DNA from: Chrysomallon squamiferum
Lineage: Eukaryota > Animalia > Mollusca
Length of the DNA: 64,000 nucleotides
Reading direction: 5' to 3'
NCBI GenBank assembly: GCA_012295275.1
Contig: CM022673.1
Span: forward strand, 1,178,001-1,242,000
Shown: piece after piece, positions 12,267-23,656 of the stretch
Layout of the letters: every line of letters begins with the position of its first letter
Position numbering within the stretch: position 1 is the first letter of the stretch
Notes under the pieces: model-generated
Told to the model about the DNA's origin: nothing
The model's input: the letters and a program-made list of their open reading frames with translations, nothing else
Database searches by the model: none
Program-made: the position numbers and the translations under genes

Positions 12267-14115
12267 CGGGAATGGCAGGATCCACAGTGCTTTCAATTAC
12301 TATCCTTGGACCGAACAACTTTATACCTGACGCAATCTATCCTTGAAAAAGCGCCACTCTGTGTTACCTCACAAACCATCAATTTGAGGCCTTTGGTTTG
12401 AAATCATGATACCACAGATGGTGATAAAGCTGCTTCACATACTTGGGTAATGGGCATGATGGACAAATATTTTAACCTTTTTAATTTATACTTTTTTCAA
12501 ATTCTTCTTTTCACGCATGAACAGTCAGAATCTGTGGTCATCATTTTTTTTTTTTAATTATTATTATTAGCAAACAATTGTGAATGTATTTAAATTTGTC
12601 TCTTTCTGACATATTAACAGAACCTTTGTTGAAATGAAATGGGTATAAAAACTGAATCATGATTGTGGTTTTGATTGGTTCTTTTCATACACTGTTTTGT
12701 ATGACTAATTTTTATGTGAATCGTAAAAGGCAATCTTTGTATGCAGAATGAATAATCATGTTTTAAAATATTCTACATCAAAGATTACTGTGCTAGAGAT
12801 GTCTCTAAAAACAATAGTCTGTCTCTCCCTCAAGCTCCCATGCTGTTAAATTTAGTGATTAAAGGCAAGGGATGTGTAACATGCACCTTCCCATAGAAGA
12901 AATTCATTGTGGGCACAGAATATAGTATAATTTGTGAGTCATTAAAAGAAAATGTATTTTGTGATGGAAATTATACACTATGTTAGAATTTCAAGCTGAA
13001 TCTAGAATTGGTCGTAAGCCACAGTTCTCAACAACCACTTCAAAGATTTCATTTATAATGTTCTGTGAAGTTTAGGTTTTTACATTTTGCAAAGTCTGGG
13101 AAAGATAAAAGGAATTTCTGACAGGAAACAGAGAAAAAAACAAACTCTGTAATTATATATAAATAATATTATAAATTTATTATTTTTAATTTTACATAAT
13201 TCATTCAAAATAAACAGATGTTCAAAAAATCTATGTATAAAATGGTTGATTTTCTTTTCTTTCTTTTTCACAATTTCTGTTAAAAAATAACAGATTATTA
13301 AAAACATTACAACAGTATAATGTACACTAGGTTTTTTGTTGTTTTTTCTTGGCTTTATTTTTTATGATTGCAATTTCTAGTTCTAAATCATGTAAACTAA
13401 TTTTTAAAACAACTATTCTTTTTAATGGTCTGTATATGCAAGTGAACATTTCTATTAAAATTATTTATCAGTTTTTACTAAGTGCATCAATGGATTTAAA
13501 GAGAATTGTAATGAAATTGTTTTCTTAAATGATTCCCTTTGTTTGTATTGTTAAAATTAAAATTAATAATTCATCATAAGAATAAAATAAGATTAATTTA
13601 ATATACACATACGCACAAGAAAAAGAAAATATACATCAATAACATCTATATAAATTTTCTACATTATAAAAATTCTGGAATAATGAAAAAAATATTTACA
13701 TTTCTATATACAAATAAATTATGTTTTTGTAATAAAATATATTATTTTATGATACAGTAATATATATGAAGTCAAACCTCTACACTATTAAGTAAAATAT
13801 GGACGGAATGATTAAAATTATGAAAATAGAAAAACATTTTTATAAATTCAACAAAAATTACATGCTTTCACAGAAATACATACAAACCAAAACACAACTA
13901 TTATCAGTAAATAATAAAAACCTTTAGGTTTGCAGGATTTTTAAAATCATAAAAATAATGCATCTTTATCAGTAGAAGAAAATAGCATTTTTAATTCACA
14001 AAAACAAAAAGCCAACTATATCATTTTATATGAACTAATTAATTATAAATGAAACGAAGATTATTAGTATAGAAATGCAGTTTGTATTAAAAATATCAAG
14101 GCTATGTGAAAGCTA

Positions 14116-17100
14116 TTAATGTGCTGTCCATATTACACAACAAAGATAAGACACAACCACATCAAAAATCAAAATGAAGCGACTGAAGCTGAGATTAGGT
14201 GCTGTTCCACTGAGGAAGGGATAGAAGAAATCGTACGGCAGTTTGGCCAGGAAAAGTGGAGCTTCCCCTTGGTACCCAGTGGCTGGCACTGACACATCAA
14301 CAAAGGAAACAGAACTGGTAATCTCCACTCTCACAAAATTATTCTCCGTACCAGGCTGACACTGGAAACCTATGCACTAATCAAACAAATGTAAAGAATA
14401 AACAAATATAACAGAAAAAAAAAACTTAGCGTTGATATTTTTTTCTTTTTTTCTTAATTTCTTAATTTATTATAGGGTCGTATTCATGATTAATAGCAAT
14501 ATGGATGACATGAGAAAATCCTTGTTATTGGTCACTCTTTAATAAAAAAAATTTCAAAACAAGGGATACAGAACTTCAAAATCACTTCCTTTGATGAACC
14601 AGTTGTGTGATACAGGATGGAGCAGGAATATTCTAAGTAAAATAACATTCTTTGCAAATGTACAAAATAATAATTGATATAATTAAGTTAGAACCTAATC
14701 CATCCATTGAAATTTGTGATCATTGGAATGTTTATATCAAAAAATTATCTCACACTATTAATAGCTGCCCACTATATCATCATATATATATATATTAATC
14801 TACCTCAAATGTAATAAAACAGACAATTTAATTGTGTCAGAGACCTGTTTAATCTGGTTCAGATTATTTTCAAATTTAATTTTAGTAAGATACTCGATCA
14901 GCAGATAATCCATATAAAAACAACTTCTTTTCAAAACCTGCTGTAAAACTGATATTATGATTAAAATACAACTGAATAACACAATTTGTTTAGTTTAAAC
15001 TACATTGAAACTAATTAAAATCTGGAAGGAAAAAAACAAAAAGAAGTGATATGAAACATTTGAACTACATTTTGTATCTTTACTTACTTTGAAAAAGACA
15101 TTTTTTAAAGAAAAAAGAACAACAAAAAAAAGAAGATATAAAACATCTGAACTTCTGTTTATAATTTTACTTACTTCGAAAAAAACATCTTGTTTATTAT
15201 CGTAAATAAAAGACACACCAAGTATTTTGGCCTGAGGGTTTGCCAGAGATCCCACATTGGCATACAGTATCTGTATGTGCATGCCCAGAGACAAACTGCA
15301 AGTATATTCACCTGCCTGGAAAAAACAAAACAAAAGAAAGTATAAAAGATATGAAAATTGTTTTTGGGATAATATTAACATCATTTTGTTAGTATGTATT
15401 ATTTTTAGCAAGTTACAGTTGTTCACATAAAAGCTCATTAAAAAAAAAAAAAAAAAAAAAAAACACCCCAGTATTTAATATTCAGTTTGTCTTACAATTA
15501 AAATGAACAGATGGTAACTGCAGTTGTCAACTGACAAAGAGGTAAAAAAGAGAAAAAGAAATTAACATCAACTCATTACAAAATATGTATATCCAACATC
15601 AGATTTTTGTTTTGTTTTTTTAATGAATTTTTATTTTAAACACCTAATCCTGTATTGTTTTATTTTGCAAATGGTTTTATGTCCACTTTGGAAGTTTCAA
15701 GTTTTTAGGTGCTTCTCTGCATCTATAATTACTTGGTATTGTGCATTTTGGACTGAAATATATTTTATTATATTCAGCAAAATATTTATTCTGCTTATTT
15801 AATTTTAATTGTAATAATTAACAAAAAGAAAAATTTTAATTCTCACAACAATGGATTTTGGTACATTCTGGAATATAATTGGAACCCAGTCACCAACTTT
15901 CATAACATCAGCATTTCCAAATATTGCCACAAAACGCTGATCATCTTTTTTGTAAGCTCCCTCCAAAGCATTAACAATAACTTCTTGCAGCAAACTGCAA
16001 AACTGAGACATATTTGTTTGTTGAAATCTGAAAAAAAAAAAAAATTCCTTTTGTTTTAAACTCAACTGATTCATAAACCACTAATTGTACAATCTTCACT
16101 GTATTGGTTTGATTTAACTACTGCTACCAACTTCAGTTACTCTTCTTTTTAGTTAAGAGCAAGGGATATTTTATATATGACAGTGTCTACCACATTAAGT
16201 GAACATAATGAACACAGGTGGTGTAGTTCAATAATAAACATTCAGGGCAACATTATGCTTTAAAAAGATTTAGATAATTAACACATTCAGTAAAGCATTT
16301 TGATCAAATAAACACACTCATTGGTAACATGCTGATCTAAAATAAATAAGAAACATTCTGATCTAAAATAGAAAAACAATTAAAATACTCAATGAAGCAT
16401 TCTGATTCAAAATATATAAACAAACATACTGAAAGAAACCTGATTTAAAACAGAAAAATGATAAACATAGTGAAACATCCTGATATAAAATAGAAAAACA
16501 ATAAGCATACTCAATGAAACATTCTGATCTAAAACAGAAAAACAACAAACATACTCAATGAAACATTCTGATCTAAAGGAGAAAAACAACAAACATACTC
16601 AATGAAACATCCTGATCTGATATCCTCTCCAAATCTAACTGAAATTCTTCCCTTGTTTGCGTCTGTGATACAGTTACCTTGTGCAGACGCTCTCACCACT
16701 GTAAACCACTGGTCCCGATTTTCATTTAACTCAATTTTACTTCTAGTGTTAAAGAATATAATGTAGAAAAAAACAGTTATATTTGTTACTTAACACTGCT
16801 CTTTAAATGAATGACACTAAAATGAACCAACAAGACAATAATTTAAAAAAGGAATAATGATTAAAAAACCAAATGTTTAAGCGTTTAGTTGTTAAAAAGC
16901 ATGATGGAATTTATTAGTTATTTGGTTTGTGTATTTTTTGGTAGTGGTTTTAGCAAGTGTTACAGAAAAGAATTCACTGAACTGAATACTGCAATTTACA
17001 GATGTTAGATTCTTTGTTTGTTCATATATTAAACAGAAAATACAACATATTAATTAATTTGATTAACTTTTCTACTAAGTCTAACATAATGTTGCTTCTT

Positions 17101-17823
17101 AAAATGAAAATGCATTCCTTAGTGATTACATTTTGTTATGTGATTTTCTTATCTGCAAAAGTTGTTCACTTATATGCTGTATTTTATTTTACGCATAGGT
17201 TTTCAACCTGAGGGTATGTTTTAGCTTTTTTCAACTTGACATGGAAGGAGGAATAAATAAAAACATATAGATAGGTTTGGGACCCTTCGTAGTGAATATA
17301 GATTCCTTTTGTACTGTCTTTGGTTGATGAAAATATGTTAACCCTAGATATTATTCAATCAAAAAATGTATAGGGGTCATCTGTCATACTGAGTTGCTTG
17401 TAAGGGGTTGTGGAATGAAAAAGGTTGAAAACCAATGTACTAAAGGATACACAGAGTTGACTGCTGGATCAGTTGAAGGTGAAGTTCTCAATATTCCGGC
17501 CATGACTGGCTCACCTACGACATAGCCCGGGTTGCCACTTCTTTTAAATGGTAAATTACCTCCTGTCTGCTGAAACTGTTAAAAAAATAATAATAATAAA
17601 GTAAAAAAAGATAATAAAAAAAAAAATAAAAAATAAAAAAATAAAAAAATAATAAATAATAGTAATAATAGTAATAATAATAATAAAAAGAATACCTTTT
17701 TTTTTAAACTTAAAAATAAAAATAAAAGTTTAGCAGTAACGAGAAATGCAATTTGGGAACACAAATTTCTGCGCTTTATTTAACAATCAAATCATAAAGT
17801 TAATTTAATATGAAATTATCTTT

Positions 17824-17854
<31 letters not shown>

Positions 17855-18591
17855 TTGTTATTATTATTATTATTTTTTGTTTTTGAATTGCTGGATTTTT
17901 ATTTTTTGTTACTTACTTGTTCAAACTCAGTAGTGAAAACTTGAGGAATCAGGTTTTCATTCATGTTTACATTATACAGTATGAATTGTGCCCATACATT
18001 AGTGATACCATAGGTACCATTGTACTGTATTCTGTATCTCACCTGAAAAACAATGACATTATTTTAAAACTCAAGAAGTTCTTGTGAAAATAATGAGATG
18101 CTAAAAATGATGAAAATTATGTTTATTTTTTATTTATTAGTAACAAAACAAAACAAAAAAAGATTTCACTGAAGCTGACATATTTAGAAAGAAAATATAA
18201 TTCATCTAATCCCCAAAAGAAAATAATAGTAAATAACATTATAACACACTAACACATCTTATTTAACATACATTATTATAAAAAATAATAAATGCAAGAA
18301 GTAAATTAATATATTTTCACTAATTAAAATTTTAAATAATACTACTTACTTTTTTAACCACATTATCACACCGATTTGCTGTAGTGTTCCTTCTGGGACT
18401 GCTGATTGTACAGTTATAGAACAGGCCATTATCATCCTCACAAAGTGTCTGTTCCAGCCCCACCCCAATAGTGTACGAGTTGTTATACAGATCAGTCACA
18501 TTGGGCAGGAATATGGAATTTGGACCTGTGCAATATGTAAGGCAAAAAGCATAATAAATATCCAATTTAATATTACTTAATTATTCATTAA

Positions 18592-18638
<47 letters not shown>

Positions 18639-21584
18639 TGAAACAGGTTATAAAAAAAAAAAAGAGAGAGAGAGAGAAAAAATTAGGTTGAGTCTAAAAA
18701 TGTCCATTTTGTGGAATCAATCCAAAATATAACTGTTTAAATTTAATCACTTATTCACAGAAATCCTAAAAAATAATTTAAAAACCTCAAAGAGTATAAT
18801 TTTTTCACAAACAAACAAACAAAAAATAAAATAAAAAAATTAAAAAAAAACATGAACAAATAAAAAATAAGATAAATATTATAATAATAATCATGTCTGT
18901 TTCTCTCAGTGCAGTATTTTAACAAGTGATTGAGTGTTTTGTGAAGCACTTTATTAATTATTAATATTCTTTGGAAGTGAACTTAAAACTACTTAAAATA
19001 TAGAAAATAAAAATCTCTTAATTAAAATATATATATTTAAAACAGTGTGGAAATAATAAAATGATGATAATAAAATATTTTTAAGAAATAAACAAAATTT
19101 AAAACACACAAAAAATGTTATTTTAATTTTATGTAATAAACAAAACCCAGATTGACTTCAGTAAGCATGTAAGTGAAAAATAGATTCATGTTTCATTCTT
19201 TGTTTCACAACAAAACAAACCTGAAGTGCCGTAAGCAGGTACCGTAAAGACAAAAGTATTGTTCACAGTCAGGTTATGTTCAGGAATGTATGTCCCAAAC
19301 AGAGCTGGTGTCTGTAAGAAATAAAAAGATACAACATTCATCTTTTCTTTCTTCTAACAATTTCTCAGAAGAAAAAAAATAAATCAATAATCTACATCAT
19401 TCTTCTTCTTGCTGATACGGATCAAGTGAGTGTGTATGAATGCACGAATGTTCAAGTCTGTCTCTGAAACAGTTATCAAAAGTAATGATATTAGTAGATT
19501 TGTTTGAATTTCAGAATCAGATTAAATGAAACAAAATGTTATTAGAAAAAGAATCATTCAGTGGACTGAACAGATATCCACAATTTACATTTCTTGTGTA
19601 TAATCTGACAGATCAGACAATTTTTGTTATTTTTTTATTATGCTTCAGAATTGAGACTACACATTGAACATCAAAATAAATCCATAATTTTATGCACAGA
19701 CTTTACAAAATTAAGAATAATAAATTATTTAATAGAGATAGCATACTGAATATCAAAACTTAATCCATTATGTTAGTTATAATAAACAAAAAAAAAGGAA
19801 AACAGAAAAAACTCACTGTAACAACTCTGAATTTCTGATAGTAGGAACTGGAGTCTAGCTGTTTGAGATTTTCACAGTCACTGGAAAGGCTCACTCGTCG
19901 AACACACTCATTACTTGATTCAATAAGGTAAGCTGAAACAATTACAGAAAGCACAATTATTTCGAAATAATTATCAATTACTAAGTAATGATATTTTCAT
20001 TGTCTAAATTTCACATCTAAATTATAAATTTATTGTCACTGTAGACTGGTTAAAATGTGCATTTTGTTTACAGCATTTAGGAATGTGTTGTATTACCAAT
20101 TAAATGCTCTTAAAAAATCACTACATAATCAAACAACAAACCTGCTGGATTTGCATCACTGCAAAGTGTTGAGGACAAGGCTTTTGGCTGACCTAATTTT
20201 CCTGTCGTCCGCGACTCATACACAACTAGAATTGCATCACCTGACTTCATAAATAAAAATTAAAAATTAAAAATAAAAATAAAAATAAAGAAATTCATGA
20301 TAAAGAAAGAAAAAAATAAATAAAAAATATGATTAATAATGATAACAAGAACAATAATAAAATTAAATAAAAAAACCAAAACAAGATAAAAAAAACAACA
20401 AAGTTATGATTAAAGGTGAAAGAAAAAAAACAGAGTTGAAATAAAATCCTTATTGTAATTAAATACTTAAGCATTGCAGTTTATGAAATTATGTCTTAAA
20501 GAGTAACTGCAGGAGCTGTAATGTCACATTCTTGGGTCAACTTTTATTATTAACTAAAGATGGTTTCAAGAACAAATAGAACAAAATCTTTAACAAGTTT
20601 ATTTTAATTATGTATGTGTGCATCTACAACACAGCTCAAACTAATTAAGGTGAAACAAAAATAAGAACATCACTGAAACTTACTTTATAGTAGCCTGAGG
20701 CTTCTTTTGGTGGTTCAGGTTTAGGTTGAAATGAAAAGCTTGGAAATTTGTTTAATTGTCTGTTAAAATCATTTTCTGTATTCACCAAATCTGGGTTCAT
20801 GTAGAAATTTTTTTCTTTATCTAAAAAAAATAAAATAAATTATGATGAAATTTAAAAAAAAAGGATAATAATAAAAAATATAATAATTAATTAAAAAAAA
20901 ATATATATATATATGTATGTATATTTTTTTTTAAGACAAAACTCACTTAAATTGTGTGAAATAACTGCATCAGCATTTTTACTTATAAAAGTTACTTTGA
21001 TACATAAATGTTTACTTACAGTTGTTAAAGTAAATACAAAACAAGTCATTTGATGTGACATTGTTCTGATACGGGATATTGTTAATCAGTATTATTTCAC
21101 TCTTCATACACAACTTGTCATCAACACTGAAATAACAAAGTGAATAATTTACTTTAAAAAATATCAGAAATAACTATTATTTATAAACAATTATTTGACT
21201 GACAAATTTGGTAATTGTGAACCTTAACTTTTTTTTGTGGGAGTCCATCTAAATATATAAAAAAAAATTAAAATCAGTTACATGAAATAACGATGTAGGC
21301 TAATATTATGAAAAACATCATAAATGCATACGTAAAAGAAAATGGAAGGCAGAAGCTAAATGATTTTTTATCATCTGCTGAACAGTCATCATCACAGCAG
21401 CAGTTGACATCACAGGAGAATGTAGTCAAGTCGCAAGGACATGGTCCAATATCTGAAAAACATTAATAATGAATTTCAATATTTTATTTAACACTCAGAT
21501 TATTTTTTAAATTTACATTTAAATTTTTGTTTCATTATTATTTCTTTTTATGCAGTATTTATTGGTGAATCATTATTTAAGAAG

Positions 21585-21657
<73 letters not shown>

Positions 21658-21781
21658 GTGTGTGTGTGTGTGTGGTAATAATAATAATTATATATATACT
21701 GTTTTTTCTTTAATTAATTAATAAAATTAATTATAAATTTTGCCATATAAATGATATATAATAATATATAATTAATTATTA

Positions 21782-21821
<40 letters not shown>

Positions 21822-22167
21822 GTGTGTGTGTGGTAATAATTAATTATATATTATTATATATGGCAAAATTTATAATTAATTTTATTGTAAAACTATTTAA
21901 ACAGTTAATGAATTAGCTAAAATAACCTCGGTTTTCTGCAATCGGTGATGGTGGTTGCGTAGTTGGAGCGGGAGTCGTTGTGGTCGTTGGAGTTGGTGTT
22001 GTGGTCGTTGGAGTTGATGTTGTTTGGTTCGTTATGCTGGCTTGAGGTGTCGTGATATTCTGGCAGTATGTAGCTGTCAGAAGAAAAAGACATACTATGG
22101 CAATATAAAACGGCCTATCACTGCATGAATACAGCCTGTACCTGCCGAAACCTGAATGTGCCGCCAT
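14116..22167 (-). CDS. TCTN1: Tectonic family ciliary transition-zone protein (TCTN1/TCTN3-like), 14 coding exons, ~689 aa
   Basis: Exons 22167-21927, 21452-21332 (CPCDLTTFSCDVNCCCDDDC), 21126-21020, 20820-20684, 20244-20142, 19932-19817, 19311-19221, 18525-18350, 18042-17917, 17575-17451 (RSGNPGYVVGEPVMAG), 16742(or 16739)-16599, 16027-15847 (VAIFGNAD..DWVPI), 15315-15175, 14376-14116 (LPYDFFYPF + hydrophobic tail). Signal peptide present; all phases match. Paralogue assignment (TCTN1 vs TCTN3) uncertain. Confidence 0.93.
15020..15195 (-). repeat. 87-bp tandem duplication spanning the Tectonic exon-13 donor
   Basis: gatgtttttttcgaa|gtaagtaaa at 15175 repeated as aatgtctttttcaaa|gtaagtaaa at 15088. 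Confidence 0.75.
16280..16618 (-). repeat. 44-bp degenerate tandem repeat (~8 copies) derived from the Tectonic exon-11/intron junction
   Basis: tcaatgaaacat at 16599, 16555, 16511 (period 44), decaying leftwards. Confidence 0.88.
16743..17450 (-). other. U12-type (minor spliceosome) GT-AG intron in Tectonic
   Basis: 5' site GTATCCTTT (17450-17442), branch-like TTCTTTAAC (16756-16748) immediately before TAG/AAG, no long pyrimidine tract. Confidence 0.88.
17194..17437. mobile_element. Non-autonomous DNA transposon (MITE), hAT/Charlie-like termini, 244 bp
   Basis: 16-bp terminal inverted repeats CATAGGTTTTCAACCT (17194-17209) / AGGTTGAAAACCAATG (17422-17437), 1 mismatch; resembles CAGTGGTTCTCAACCT-type hAT ends; no clear TSD. 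Confidence 0.7.
21587..21886. repeat. (TA)n(CA)n(TG)n microsatellites and ~165-bp fold-back inverted repeat (21720-21886)
   Basis: 21720-21749 is the exact reverse complement of 21857-21886; inner arms also pair around a (CA)n-TATA-(TG)n centre. Confidence 0.88.
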
Positions 22168-22691
22168 GATGTAAACTAACTATTGACTCACGGGTAATTT
22201 ATCTAAAACCATATTTTAATATAAATTATAAATTATTTTTTCATATCATCGTGATTTAATTTCAACCTATGTTATGATATCTGTAATAATATATGTATGT
22301 TTAATTAATTAGCGTAATTTAAGAATAATGATTTATAAACCGTAATGAAATTTAGGTCAATAATAGTGAATCTGTATGCGGATATTTAGCCAGTTTGGGT
22401 TTGTTTGATTTTATTTTTGATTATTACATGTATTTGCTTGTTGAATTGTACTTGAGAAATTTCTTAATTATATTTTTGGTTAAATGAAACTAAATAATAA
22501 AGAACATATAATTTTCTCATTAACTTAGCTCCTCAAATTACCTCCTAGAGTAAATATTTTCATTTATAATATTTATGCAGATTTTTAAATATTCCGTAAC
22601 ATAATTTGCAGCTTTGTGTATTGATTTCATAAAATCGATATAATTCTTACTTTGACGTTAAAAAGAGACGAACAGTTCGGATTTATTGATC

Positions 22692-22726
<35 letters not shown>

Positions 22727-23060
22727 TTTAGAAATATAGGACACCAACGTAACTAGTTTAATCTTTTTCTTCTTTTTTATTTTTATTTCTTCTTTCGTTT
22801 ATTTAAAAATCTAACATTGAAAGTGAAGAAGAACGTTTGCCTTCCCTTTTTCTAGCTTTTTCAGAAAAAAAGTAAAACGTTTTTAAATTCTTTCATCGAA
22901 GTCCGTCTTTTATATTTCAGTGTTTGTTCTGAACTGAGATTAAAATGAGTATATCCGTATTTCATACACAACGAAAGCGCCGATAAACAAAAGAGACCGG
23001 CGGTCTTAGAAGTTGATTTGATTTGGCGTCTGTGGCATATAACAAGGTGTTTAGGTTCGT
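22168..23060. promoter_or_regulatory. Probable bidirectional promoter (Tectonic / uncharacterised gene)
   Basis: Head-to-head genes; local excess of CpG dinucleotides versus CpG-poor introns; YY1-like ATGGCGGC at the Tectonic start. TSSs not defined. Confidence 0.55.
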
Positions 23061-23429
23061 TAGTTTGAATACTGACTACATAACTTCATAAATTCGATTG
23101 ATATCGATTCTGTTGAGTTAAAAGCTATAATATTTCAATGTTTCGTATGAAAAAATGTGTTCATTGTATCGTTTTGAAAATTCTTAGATTCAGACTGTAG
23201 TGCTAAGTGTAGCCAGTTACTGCATGATGTAGGTGTAACATGATCATCTCACATTAGCATCATGTGCACGGTGTTCTAGTATTTGAATTTCAGAAATGAT
23301 GATGATTGTTTAATAATTCAGTTTTCCCTGAATAATAGCATTAATCAGACATTTTAATTTTTAATAAAGAAAATAAAACTATTTCTTGGATATTAAAAGT
23401 AACCACTAAAGAAATGCAGTGGATTTATC

Positions 23430-23476
<47 letters not shown>

Positions 23477-23656
23477 TATCGCATTCATTTTTTAATTTTA
23501 TAAATAGTTACAGAAAATAAAGTTTTGTAGAAAAATAAATTAAATCTCTACACATAATAAATTTATTTCATATATTTTATTCTGATATATACTCATACTG
23601 ATAATTAAAATTTGAGCAAATGTAATTTGTAAATAAAATTTTCAGAACACATCATA

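Noticed and set aside
12860-16240. Scattered caaggga..-containing fragments (12865, 14560, 16159) as copies of a SINE-like family
   Set aside because: Similarity too short and decayed to support without a repeat library search.
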